Source: Geosiphon pyriformis uo1
Lineage: Eukaryota; Fungi; Glomeromycota
NCBI GenBank assembly: GCA_016748015.1
Contig: JAAOMT010000620.1
Span: 727,322 to 791,321 of the forward strand
DNA length: 64,000 bases
Direction: 5' to 3'
The position numbers and the translations under genes were made by a program. The notes under the pieces were generated by a model. It saw nothing but the letters and a program-made list of their open reading frames with translations, searched no databases and was not told the origin of the DNA. Below, piece after piece: positions 27,520 to 41,096 of this stretch (the first letter of the stretch is position 1; each line of letters starts with the position of its first letter).

Positions 27520-28660
27520 TCAACAGTTTAGAAAATATCTTCACAAATCATTAATTTCAAAGAAAAAAACACCAAAAACCAATAAATACTCTCACCAAGT
27601 TGGATTTGCTGACAACAGCAATGTTACCTCTCTTATTTGCAAAGCCCAAGTGGCTGATTATTTTATTGACTTGATCCTAGACAGTAGATCATCTGTCAGT
27701 GTAATTGTCAAACACTTTTTAGAAGCCATTGGAAGAAAGATTGATGAATCTTCTACCTGACCTATAACCAATATACATGGTGACAAGAAAAAAGACCTGG
27801 GCATAGCTAAAGCTGTTCCTGTTTATATCAATGGCATTAGCATTGAAACTGACATGGAAGTATCTGAAGCAAAAAAGTATAAGTGGCTTAAGAAAGCCAA
27901 AGTACTACTTGACTATGAACTTTGTAAGCTAACCATCAGATGTGATGAGAAACCCATTGTGGTTAAGTGCTATCATTGGACAACTTTTCCAGTAACCAAA
28001 CAGAACCAAAAAAAAGAACAATTAGATGAATCAGATAATAATGAGAGTGATGATAAAAAAAATCAAGAAGAACAAAAAGAAACTGCTGAACTCGCTTATA
28101 CTATCTTTACTAGCAATAACAAATTACTGGACAATATTAAAGCTGACAAAGAAGAAATTATGGTAAATGGCAAGCTGATTTGCTGGCCCTATTATGATAT
28201 TCTCAGAAGAACCTTTGATAAAAAGCCTGGCAAGAAAGCCAAATACAGCTATTGGTGACATGGTTCTTGTGCCAGATGCTGGTACAATAAACCTTTGTAT
28301 TTTCCTAGTAATAAATACAAGTCCTATCTGATCTATTACAAAGATTGGGAGCCAATTAGTTTGATATCCAGAGAAAAACTAAAAAAAATACAAAAGTTCT
28401 TTGAAAATAAACCACCTGAAATTCAATCACTAATTGTAAAACAAAGAGAATTTTCTCCTAAAGAAAATAGTCCAGTTATCTCAAAAAAAGGTGACACTCC
28501 TGGATAAACTCTGTAATACAACACACTATTACTACTAAAGAAACTTGTCTTATTCATTTGAAATCTTATCAATCTAATTAACACAATAATGAATTCATCA
28601 AAAAAGAAATAAACTAAATGAAAGATTTTGAATTTATACAAGAAACCAAGAATAAATAAG
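27520..28660 (+). mobile_element. Internal fragment of a family A element (protease to start of RT)
   Basis: Matches 22929-24026 and 59626-60231 (LILDSRSSVSVI, GKLICWPYYDILRRTF). Confidence 0.88.
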
Positions 28661-31653
28661 CTTTCCAAAAAACTTTTTTTCTCTTAATTTTCATGATCAT
28701 GACTAAAGCTAAGAGTAAAAAAGTTGTAAACAGTACTTTTTTATAGTAACTAATAAAGTTTCAACATAAAAGAATCTCTCTGTTATTGAAGCAGTTAGAC
28801 AAAATATTCTGGCTAGATTTCTATTAAAAAATATTAGTAAAAAGCTGTCTTTATTTTTTTTATTTTTTTTGTTAATATGTAGCCACGCTGGTCATTTATT
28901 AGTCATGACTACAGTAATGCAGTGTTTTCATAAAGCCAGCTTACCCAATAATACAAAATCACAAGATGTGGCTAACCACAAATGGAAAATCTTAACTATA
29001 TGCTAGTACTACTTTTGCTACCTAAAGTATCAAACATATCTAATTCATACATCTTACTCATAATGCTAACAAGCTCATGACTATTTTTAATCATACTACT
29101 TATTCATTTAGCAGTCTGATCAGGACTGGATTTGATCCTAGAAGACTGATTTTTTCATAACATCAAAGATGTTATCATAAACTGAAAAGTCTTTATTGTC
29201 ATCATTATCATTATCAACATCATCAATCATGTCATCAACATCAGATTCATTTTTCAAGCAGACCTGTTCACATATTTTCTTAAGGCATGTTATTTTTTTC
29301 TGTATCACAGTGGCAACAGCAGCCAAGCTTTTATTTTGCTTAGCCAATCCATCTACACATTTCTTAACTAACACATCCATGGCAGATAGAGTAAACAATA
29401 ATTTGGTAATTAATGCAACTAGAGCACTAACAGGTTCAACTAAAGATTTTATCAACACAGATAGTTCATTAAGATGGGATTCCAGAGAAGCCAATCTGGA
29501 TTTAACAACAGATTTGGGAGCAAAAAGGACAGCAGGCAACATGGATGTTACAGTTTTAGAAGGACCAACAAGATCCAAGTTCATATTAGCAGCAGCAGCA
29601 CCAAGAGAAACCACAAAAGCAGCAGTCTTAGCATAAAATTTAGATCCAACAAATGAAGATTTGAAATTTTTGGGGCTACCAAAGGTGTTGAAAAAGAGTT
29701 TGGGTGGAAGAAAAGGTAACTTTTTGCAGTCCTTAGCCAAGTATTGACATCAATAAGATTTAGGGAAGCAAGGAATAAAACATGTATGGCCACCAACTTG
29801 GGAGACCAAATCACTTATCTTAAAGGCAGTACAGCCAAATAAAAAATTGACCAACTTAACTTTGAATACATCTCTTGAGAAAATAACTTCCTTTTGGTTG
29901 GCAATGGGAAGAATCCTAATACTATCTTTTTTGACCAATACAAACCAGTTAGAGAGAACAGCAGCAGTAGAAGAAATGTCTTCAAAATTGACTACAGCAT
30001 ATTGTCATAAGCCAGCAGGCTTCAACTTAACAGAAGTAACAACACCAAAAATGCCAAAAGCAGTTTTAATGTTATCAAAAAAGGTACCCAAAGGTATATC
30101 ATGCAGTGCAACTGACAAGAAAGAGGAAAAAACAGAGGCCATACCAGAAAACCATGCAATCTTAAGAGTGGTCAATAAAACTTTATCACTGATGGCCACT
30201 TTGGTGACACTATTTAGACTCTCCTGAAATGCAAATTCTATACAGAACAACTTAACAGCATCTTGTAAAACTGACTTAAGCCCAATACAACCAGACAGTG
30301 ACTGAAACAAGAAACTAAGCAGAGCTATCTTAATCTTAAATGTAACACCAGATACTAGATTAGAGGCCATCTAACCAGAGAACCTCTGATGACTATTCAC
30401 ATTCTTTCAAGCATTGCCATCAGCAGCACTAGAAACTGGGGGAGGGACAGTTGATTCCATTTCCATCTGATCAGTCCAATCTTTAAAATCATCTGAATTA
30501 ATAGACTGTTTTGCTATTGAGATTGACAATGATCTGCCAGAGAGTATCACATTAGACAACACAGCCAGTATTGATCTTGTTCCATCTTGGGAAATGTGCC
30601 ATTGCTGTTGCCATTCATATTAGGAAGAGGGCTGGCTGCTACTGTGGAGATCTTACCAAAGATCTTATCTGGAATCACAAAAGGATTTGGTGTGACCATA
30701 GCAGTTATAACTGCCTGTTGCTGTTTTTTGGAATTTTTTGCTTTTGCAGCCATTTGTAAAGCAGTAGTAGTAGAAGTAGTAGTGGGAGTGATGAGAGCAG
30801 AAAAGACCAACTTGTTGATTGGTCTGTTATTAAAAATTATTGGGCTCTTAGAAGCAGTAGAGACAACACTGGGACTAATCTGAATGTGTCTTTTGGAAGG
30901 AACTTTGACTTAAGAAGAACTATTAGCCAAAGGTGAAGAAAATAAACCAGAAGCTGTTAAAGGCAGCTTTTCACTACTATTTTTTAAAGAAAATGTTGCC
31001 AGAATGTTTTGTCTAGCTGCTTCAATAACAAAGAGACCCTTTTGTGTTGAAACTTTATTAGTTACTATAGAAAAAGTAATGTTTGCAACTTTTTTACTCT
31101 TAACTCTATTTATGGTCATGAAGATTAGGAAAGAAAGAGTTTTTTGAAAGATCTTGAAAAGCTGTCTTTAGTGGCTTCTAGTTCATTTTTTTCATCTTTG
31201 GCTGGTGGTTTTTTTTCAGTCAAAGTTTCTTTAAAAAAACACACTTGGGTTAGTTTTAGTGTAGTCTCTACTACTTCTAAAAGCCCAAAGATTTTTAATA
31301 GCAGACCAGTCAACAAGTTGGTTTTTCTTGCTCTCATCACTTCTACTACAAATGGCTGTTAAAACCAAAAATTCCAAAAAACAGCAGTAGGCAGTCACAA
31401 CTGCTATGGTTACACCAAACTTTTTTGTGGTTCTAAATGAGATCTTGGGTAAGATCTCCACAGCAGCAGCCAGTCCTCTTCCTAATATAGATGGCAATAA
31501 CAACAGCTCAATTCCTAATATGAAGCAAAATCAACCACTGGCTGTGTTGTCTAATATAATAATTTCTAGCAGATCATCTCCTATTATAGAAGCAAAACAG
31601 TCTATCATTTCAAATGATCTCAAAGATTGGGCTGGTCAGATGAAAATAGAATC
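28661..31653 (+). mobile_element. 5' part of a LINE ORF1-family copy (28661-28853 and 31155-31653), split by an antisense copy of its own family
   Basis: MTKAKSKKV...KLSL|VASS...KKHTWV...VTPNFFVV; collinear with the uninterrupted copy at 44850-45500. Confidence 0.8.
28854..31154 (-). mobile_element. Complete ORF1-only (HAL1-like) non-autonomous non-LTR retroelement
   Basis: 15-bp TSD T(A/G)AAAAGCTGTCTTT at 28839-28853 and 31155-31169; poly(A) seen as a T-run at 28855-28870; one degenerate ORF from 31119 to about 28995; no endonuclease or RT. Confidence 0.8.
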
Positions 31654-32841
31654 TTTTTTTTTTTTGTTAACATATAGCCATGTTGGTATTTTATTAGTTT
31701 AGCCATACTTATAAAACATGACATTTTCATAAAGCCAACTTACTCAGTACTTTAAGATACAAGATGTGGCTAACCACTAAATAGTTATGCCTAACTACAT
31801 GCTAGTATAACCAGAAAACCTAAAGGGTATCACACTATTACATAAAGTAATTCTACTACTCAAAACATTAGTCAATATTTTATTACAACATGTGAATCCA
31901 TCACTCATTTTAAAGTTAGAAATACCACCATTATTACCACTATTCTTTGGAATTTTGTGCATGTTGGTCACATATTGTTACTCATAAAAAAGAAAACAGA
32001 TATAGAAAAATAGTAGACCAATAGGAGAGTAGTAGTTAGCATGTGAGCATATTGTTTAGCAATATGAAGCAATATCAAAAAAATATGGCACATTGCTCAG
32101 CAATATGAGCATTGCTTGAGAAATTATAGCATATTGTTTGAGAATGTAAATGATCTCATAGAACCCAAATTATGTATATATAGTGATAGTATTAGAAGTA
32201 GAAAAGACAGACCTCTTAGTTTAAATTTTATCTAAGCGATCTTCTAATCCACAAATATTAATAAATAATTATTCTCTATCTCAAATTCACTCCCACTATC
32301 AACACTTTATGTTGATAGTAATTGATACTTAACCACACTAGAACAATAGCTCTTGATTGCAGCTATTGACAGGATACTAACTTGTAATTGCTTTTGTTTA
32401 TTTCTCTATTTTCTTTTATTTCTTTTATTTTTTTTTTGTTATTTCTTTGGGTTTACTAAATTAATTAAAGATTAAAGCACTGAGATACAAACGGCATAGG
32501 AACTGGTAAAAGACCCATAAAACAAGGGTAAAACACTCATAAATTTGAGGATAGCTTACCAAGAGGATTACTGGCCACCATGCTAAGAGAGAAATTTGAT
32601 GGAATTGCGATTCTAGGAGACTATTGAAAACAACTATTAAATCTGTCTATTATACAAAGAACTCCACAAACAAATCTTCAGATCAACAAAACTTTCAAAT
32701 ATTAATGCCAGAATACCAACCAAGCACCAAGTTACGAATTTGTTATTTGATTTGAGACCCTAAATAATCATCTGTAATATTTGGTGCTCTCTGTGAAGTC
32801 TAATCTTACAGAGAACCAACACTAACAACAATTATTCAAAA

Positions 32842-35800
32842 GTGGCAGAATCAGAAAACATAAGAGCAAACCATTTAGGATTTGTTAAATTCTTGTTCCA
32901 ACAGTACAGTCAACAATTAAGATTAAACAATAACCACTTTCCAGCAGAATCTGCTTTCAACTACTACATCAACAATAAAATCACAGACTGCTTAAGAGGA
33001 ACAGTTAACATTGAATCCATAAGAGAAAATTTCTATACAGAATTATTTCAACATACCAGCTTACCAAGAAATTACAGTTTTGTACCAATCATCAGAGAAA
33101 TCAATCAAACTATTGAAAGATACACACAACAACAATTCCCAATTACCTATGCAAACAAAGGAAAGGGAAGACTACAAACACCAACAGCAACACCAAAACA
33201 AATACAACCACTCACTTAGAAGAAAACCAGAGTTGAATCACCAACAAACTCATCATATTACTATACATCTGGAAGTGCCATCAACATCTTATCAACAGAC
33301 ATGTCAACATTACATGTGACATCAACATTAGAACAACTTTTATTTTAAAGTAAACAAAAGAAAGCAGAATTACTAGAAACCTATGGTGATTATTTTGAAG
33401 GATTTAAATCGCGATTGCCAACACCATCAGAATTCTGATTACCACCACCTCAACCAGATTTTGGAAACGTGAGTCCCTGGGAGATAACAGAATCAGAAGA
33501 AGAGAAAGAGAAAGAAGCCGAAAATTAAGAATTTACTTACCAAAACCTGATCTTAGAAAATCTAGAAATTGAAACTCCAAACTTTCAAACTCCTCAAAAT
33601 CTGAACAATACAAATCCTGAAACAATTAATCAGCAAAACTTACCTCCAGTAATTGTCATTGATCAACCACAAATTGAAATGATTATTGAACTAATTCAAC
33701 AACAGCCATTCCAACAGCTGCAACAACAACTTCAACAACCAAACTTGGATCCAATAGCCTATGCCCCAATAGCAAAACTTGAGAAATTCACAGGAGAAGA
33801 AGACGATACACAAATATGGCTTCACAATGTTGAAAAGACCATTATAGCAAATGGATAAAATAATGTAAAAGCCCTTCAAGCCATTCCTTATTTTCTCCAG
33901 GATACTGCTGACTCATGGTATTAAAGCTTAACCAACAAACCCCAGGATTTCAATGCATTTAAGCTTGCATTTCTACAATATTTCAATAATAATAATAGCA
34001 TCAACCGATTGGCAAACACTGTCACCACCATTAAGTAAGAAAAAAATGAAGCAGTTACTACTTACTTAGAATACTTTCACAGAAATTTGCACCAAATTCA
34101 GGTCATACAGGCTGATTATTTCACAGCACCACAAATTCTAAATCAATTCATTTAAGGTTTGCACAGTAGCATTCTCCAATGCATATGTCCAATGCACCCA
34201 GCAGATCTTCAAGCTGCCATTATGAATGCCAGAGATTTTGAAGCAGCAGAACTTGAAGCTAACCATGCTCAAGCTGTAAATCTAGTAATGAGTGAATCAT
34301 TTGAATTGGATTCTAAACTAAAACAATTTAGTGATTCAATCAATCAGAAATTAGAAGAGTACTTAGCTAACAATTGTGCAATTTATTAGCCACCTCAACA
34401 ATGCAATAATTTAGAAATTACAAATTGCACACAAAATTAGTCATGTCCCGCATCATTATCCAATCAGCTGTGGCAGCAAGAGATGCATATTTGCCACTAC
34501 TGTGGTAAACAAGGGCATTTAAGGATTGACTGTAGGTTAAGAATAGAAAATTAATGATTGGGAAATCAATATTGCAACTTTGATCACCAGTTCCAAACTT
34601 TGAGATATCAACCCAACTCAGAAATATATCAATCAAATTACCTACCAGTGACGCAGCCCCCAATTTATCAATTACTAATGTATCAAGCTCTATTCTATCA
34701 ACCAACAGCACTAGTTATTTATCAACCACAGCCACAAATAATATATCAACAATTATCAGTTCAAACACCATCATCAAACCCAGCTCAAATAACATCAGAA
34801 AACCCTAGATCTAGAGTTACCCAAAACTGGAGATCGGCAATAGTTGTTCACCAACCAATTTCCAGTTCATCCAACCAGCCGTCAAGATCATGACAGTAGA
34901 GTTCAGAAACTGGGTATATCCAAAACCTGAGTTCCCAGAACTATTTAAGTCTCCTGGTTACTCCAGAAAACATCTCATCCAATAACTTGGATACAAACCA
35001 GAAAACACTGACCAGCAACATACCTCCAGCCACTGTTACTAATGACAAATCACTAGCAGCAATCTTTCCATTCAAACTTAAGAAAACCACATCAGTCTCA
35101 TTATTCCGTGGAGCCACTCTTGATACCAAATCAATCACCATCATGTACACTGACATGAAAGTTGATGGCCATGCTATCAAACTGATCCTAGATAGTGGAT
35201 CAGCTGGCAGCATTATCACATAACAACTCATAAACCAATTAGGTTGCAGAGTTGATCATGCTGCCAGTGCACACATAATTACTGCTGATGGAGCAACTAA
35301 AACTCTAATCGGTAAAATTGATGACTTTTCTTTCAAAGTCAATGGCATTATTACTTCCATCAAAGTCCTAGTAATAATAGCAACTCAATATCAAGCATTA
35401 GTAGACAACAATTGGTTATCCAAAACTAATGCCATACTCAATTGGACAACCCAGAAATTACAACTCAGTCAAAATGGCTAATACACCTGAGTACCAGCAA
35501 CTTGTGGTCACTTCAAACCCAATACTACTATGTAACCACTAATTGAGTTCAAGGAGGACAAAAAAAAACCAATCTGAGAAGCCTATTAAGTGTTTTGGGC
35601 TGACAAAAACCACAATAAGCTACCACCAATACTCTCGTGAAATAACAACAACAAAGAGAAACAAAAAAAAGAACTTATTTGGAATGCAAAACAAACTTGG
35701 AGAACTAACAACAGCTCAAACAAACTACCAATCTGGAAATAAAAAGAAACCGACAAAGGGAAAGGAAAAAGAAAGAAGAAAGACCTACCTGAAGAAACCA

Positions 35801-38800
35801 CTACTACAGAAGAAATGACTAGTAGTTGGGAAAGAGAATATTCACAGGAACCAATAAAGAAACTGCCATACATACCTTTTAATTATAAAGACTATGAGAA
35901 AAAACTTTCTTCCATGGGAGCTTGGGTGGTGCTAGATGAAGACTACTGGACACACACACATTACTACTGTAAGCTATGCCATAGAAAATGATATGGTTAC
36001 CCAAAACATCAAGGAAAGTGGGACAACAAACCATGTTTTGCTTGCAGTGAACAGTTGCTTGATGAAGGAATATGGAATGATATTTTAGGGTGAGAAGGAA
36101 TGTACAATGTTTCATGCCAATACATGATTTTCATTAGTAACTGGGTGAGCCATGAAACACCTATTACTGCAGCCTGGCACCAAACAATCAATCACTTGGA
36201 TGGGTATCCACATGATGAAAATGAGATCTGGCATATGACAAACACCAAAGTAGAAGGCACCATGTCCAGCAAAATATTGGAAATCAAAAACAACCTTCTG
36301 GAGCCAGCTAACATTGTTCTGATTCCCAACCCAGACACTTTTCTGGATCTGGAAGCAGGCCCAGAAGAATGCCATGAACACTACCAAAATTTGGTACTAA
36401 CAAGAGAAGAACAAGAACAGTGTTTGGCCCAAATCAACATTCAGCTATGTGATCACTGTTTGATTCTATGTGACTTTTAATATTGTAATGAATGTAACCT
36501 CATTTACAATTTACCATTATGCATGATCTACATGATCCCAGAAAAAAAGGAACCAACCAACAACTGCACATCAGAATTGAAATTAACTTTCAATCTCAAT
36601 TCAAACTCTGACAATAATGATAACAAAAACAATGGTTCCAGCTCTGCTTAATGTGGCAATAAAAAATATAGTGATTCAAACTCCGATTCAAACTCCGAAC
36701 AATATATTGCACTCCTTGATCTCAACAAAAAGAACTGAAATGGTTCAGTGATAATAATGAAGGTATTATGCCAGAATGTATGCATAATACCAATACAGGG
36801 TTTGATCTAAGATATCCAGGAAAAGATCCCATCAAATTGAAACCACATTTACACACCTGTATTAATCTTAAAATAGCACTGAAAATTTCAGTGATCACCA
36901 TGGTTCAATTAGCATTTAGGAGTAGTTTAGCAAAAAAAGGAATCAACATTAGAGAAAAAATAATTAATACAAGGTATATAAGAAATATCATTACTATGCT
37001 ACAAAATGACTTAGAAAAAGCCTATACCATAAAGCCAAATGAAAAGATAGCACAGGCAATATTCTTGCCTCTAGTGAAAATAGCTCAGTTAGTGTCAGTG
37101 GGAGATAGGGAAGAACTAGGAATTACAGCTAGAGAGATACAAGAAATCGAATCAACAGAAAGAATAGATGTACTAGTTAACATGACAGAGGAAGAAATTA
37201 TTGACAAGAGAGAAATTATCTTCACCTGTCAACCAATTGCCATTCCACCATATAATCAGTACATGATAGTTATAAAAAGAAAAGTAAAAGATCAGAGTCA
37301 AATTTTTGAGACAGAAGCAACACTGTGTAAATCAGGAGAGATTAGACTTATCAATCTTCACATACCAGCCAAAAACCATAATCACATTAAAATTCCCATC
37401 TACAATAACACTGGAAATGTTGTAGAAATACCAGAAGGAACTATTATCGGCTATTTAACCACCGAAATTGAAGATCATGGCCAAACACCATTCCAAATTT
37501 TCCACAACTATGCAGATATGTGAATATTACATCACAAACTATATATGGACAAGAAGAATGTTATCTGCTCTAACTGGAACAATTGGAACAGATGAACATG
37601 AGGAACTTAGACCCACTTCAATATATGTAACTTAAGATGTTACTTAACAATTTCAATGACATTTTTGCCAGCAAAAACAAATTTGGCAGAACCAACATAA
37701 TTCAGCATCAAATCAAGACTAGAGATGCAATGCCAATCAAACAATGAACATACAGAGTACTACCAGCCAGCCATGAAATCATTTATTAAGAAATAAACCA
37801 GATGCTTAACAATGGGTTAATTCAACTATTAATGAGCCCATGGTTATCACCAGTAGTATTGGTCTGTAAGAAGAATAGAAAAGTCCGTTTTTGTGTGGAT
37901 TACCAAAAACTGAATGGAGTAACTAAAGATGATAGCTATCTAATTCCAAAGATCTAAGAATTATTCGATGCTTTCAGTGAGAAAAAATGGTTCTCAACAT
38001 TAGATTTAGACAGTGATTACTGGCAAATAGCCATGAAGCCAGAAGATAATGAGAAAATGGCTTTCACAACACGAGAAAGGAACTTTGAATTTGAAGTTAT
38101 GCCATTTGGCTTGATGAATGCACCAGCAACATTCCAATAGCTTATGGAAATTGTTTACACTGGACTATTGTAGAAATCAGTAGTTGTTTACTTAGATGAC
38201 ATCAATGTGTTCTTAAAAACATTTGATGATCATCTGCATTATTTCCAACAAGTGTTTGAAAGATTAAGAAGAGCTGGATTGAAACTAAATGCAACCAAAT
38301 GTTTCTTTAGAAAAACTGAACTCAAATTTTTGGGACATATTGTAAGCAAAAATGAAATCAAAATAGATCCAAACAAGATTGAAATTGTCAAGAACTTTCT
38401 AGTACCAAATAATCTTACAGAATTAAGAGCATTCTTGGAATTTGTGGAATATTACCACCACTTTATTAAAAACTTTTCCAAAATAGCTCAACCACTACAC
38501 CAGCTTTAAACAAAAAACACCAAATATGAATGAACAGAAACCCAACAAAAAGCTTTTGATACATTAAGAAGAAAGCTTATTCAAGTCCCAATACTGATCT
38601 ATTCAGATTATAGCAAGCCATTCATAATTACAATTGATGCATCTGGTCAAATGTTGAGAGCAGTATTATCTCAGAAAAGACCCAATGAATGAGAACACTC
38701 AGTAGCTTATGCCAGTAGAAGCTTAAGTCCAGCTAAAAAGAACTATAAAACTCTAGCACTAAAACACTTAGCTATCTATTGGGCTGTCATTAAGTGAAAA

Positions 38801-38992
38801 GAATACTTGAGTCAAAAGTTTGAGATGTACACTGATCACAAGAGATTGACTTTAATCCAAAAGCAAGAATTTGGAAATGACCACTATGCCAGATGGAAAA
38901 TAGAACTTTCACTATTTAATTATACAATACATTATAAAAAAGGAAAAGACAATGGAAATGCTGACAGTTTGTTATAAATGAGACAAATCTAA
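32842..38992 (+). pseudogene. Fused gag-pol of D (Gag, CCHC, PR, Cys-rich domain, dUTPase about 36762-37160, RT, RH)
   Basis: CHYCGKQGHLRIDC, LILDSGSAGSII, GFDLRYPG, RSSLA, KIAQ, YLDD; ends MRQI*. Confidence 0.9.
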
Positions 38993-39025
38993 AAAAACAT
39001 TCTAACCAAAAAAATATAACAAAAG

Positions 39026-40408
39026 ATGAATATACAAAAATACCAACAACTCCAACATTATATAAATACCCAATTGTTCAAGGAGAAATTATCTCAAAAG
39101 GAACAAAACAACATAAAACAACAATCAAAATATTTTATCAATCATCAAAATATACTTTACTGGAAAAACAGAAGAAATCCAGACCAGCCAACAAGAGTAA
39201 TTACAGAACTAGAAAAAGAAACAATATTGTTCAACATGTACTCAGATCCAACAACAAGACATTTTTATAAAGAAGCAACCATAAAAAAAACTAGAAAAAA
39301 ATACTATTGGCTATCAATGTATCCAGACATCATCCAGTATGTTCAAAATTGTGATGCTTGTCAGAAAAGAGGAGGAACAAAACCCAGTAAACTATTGAGA
39401 CCAATCAAAATAGGACAACCATTCGACTATATTAGAATTAACTTAGTTGGACTATTAACAATCACCAGCAGAGACAACAGATATATTGCAGTAGCCATAG
39501 ATTATTTCACAAAATGGCCAGAAGCAAAAGCCATTCAAAGAGCAAATGCAGAATCCATTGCCAAATTCGTTCATCAAGATTTGATTTGTCAACATAGATG
39601 TCTAAAAGAACTATTATCAAATCAAGGAACCCACTTTGTGAACAGAACATTAACAGAATTAAGTCAAAAATTTGGAATCAAAAGACCATTATCATTACCA
39701 TACCATCCACAAATGAATGGCTTAGTTAAAAGATTTAATAGAACATTGTGTGAAGCAATTGCAAAAATTAGCCAAGAAAATCAAGAGGAATGAGATTTGT
39801 TTATACCATCAGTATTATTTGCTTATAGGCTAATAAAGCAAGATACTATACAAACAACGCCATTTGAATTGGTATATGGTAGAACAACAACATTACCAGT
39901 TGAGATAAAGATTAATACATATCCAACTGAACCAATAACAGAAAATAATTTTCAAGAAACATTGTTGAGAAAAACATATAACTTAATAGAAACACTAGAA
40001 AACAGATGACGAAAAGCAGCTAATAACATCCAAAAGTCACAAGAAAAGCAAAAAAAATAACACAATAACCAACTATTAGATAAACCAGTTGAATTCAAGA
40101 TTGGAGACAAAGTACTATTATATCATACCAAAGCAGAAAAACAATGAAATAGAAAATTTGATCCCAAATGGGATGGATCATTTCACATAGAAGAAATTCT
40201 AGGAAATAGAGCTTATAAATTAAGATGGAACAACAAAATCTTAGCCAAAGCAGCACATGGTAATCGACTGAAACCATATCATCAGATAACATCATTATCT
40301 ACCAATAACATTCCACAACTGAGAGTACAAAAAATACTAGTTCAACCAGATGAGATTCCACAAGATCTGAAACCAATCATAGTTATTGAACCAAACACAT
40401 CAAATTGA
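39026..40408 (+). pseudogene. Integrase ORF of D
   Basis: MNIQKY..., CDAC, DYFTKWPEA, HPQMNGLVKRFNRTL, KFDPKWDG. Confidence 0.9.
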
Positions 40409-40441
40409 ACAACCAAAAGAGTATATAAAGACACAGTACAT

Positions 40442-41096
40442 ATGACAAAAGCAACCAAAAAAAATGGAAATACCAGATCATATTTACACTATAGCTTAAC
40501 AATTGTTTCAGGCCTTAAGTTAACAACAGTTAGACATAGAAATTATTATTAACAACCAAATAATTTGCTATCAAAACACCCAAAAAAAGACAAAGAATAC
40601 ACTATATCAGCCATTAAAGAATAATAAAAACTGGACAAATAACTTAATAGAAAAAGTGAAGAACACTTTTGGAAAAATATCTATTATGGCACTAACAGAA
40701 GAGCTTACAAAAGAAAATTGGAAGCAATAGACAGAATAACTTCCAATATTATATTGCTACTACTAGTTAAGTCAAAAGTAGAATATTCAGAAGTTGTATA
40801 TTGACAAATCCAAGAGAATATTCAATCAAGACATAATACAACAAATTGAAGAATTTATTAGAAAGAAAATGAATTCAATACTACATGTTAAAACAATGTA
40901 CCGACTACACAACATATTTCAAAACTATCCAGAAATACTGTTACACTCTGACATGGAAACCATAATCATTAACCAATGGGGAAGAATAAACAATACACAA
41001 GTAGAAAATATAAGAAAAAGAGTCAAACAAACAATACTTGAAAAAAAAGTACTAGAATTAATTCAAAATGAAGATTTCAATGGAGCTCAATATTAA
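40442..41096 (+). pseudogene. ORF3 of D
   Basis: ...IEIIINNQIICY...VKTMYRLHNIF...NQWGRINNTQVENI...DFNGAQY*; aligns with ORF3 of B and C. Confidence 0.75.
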
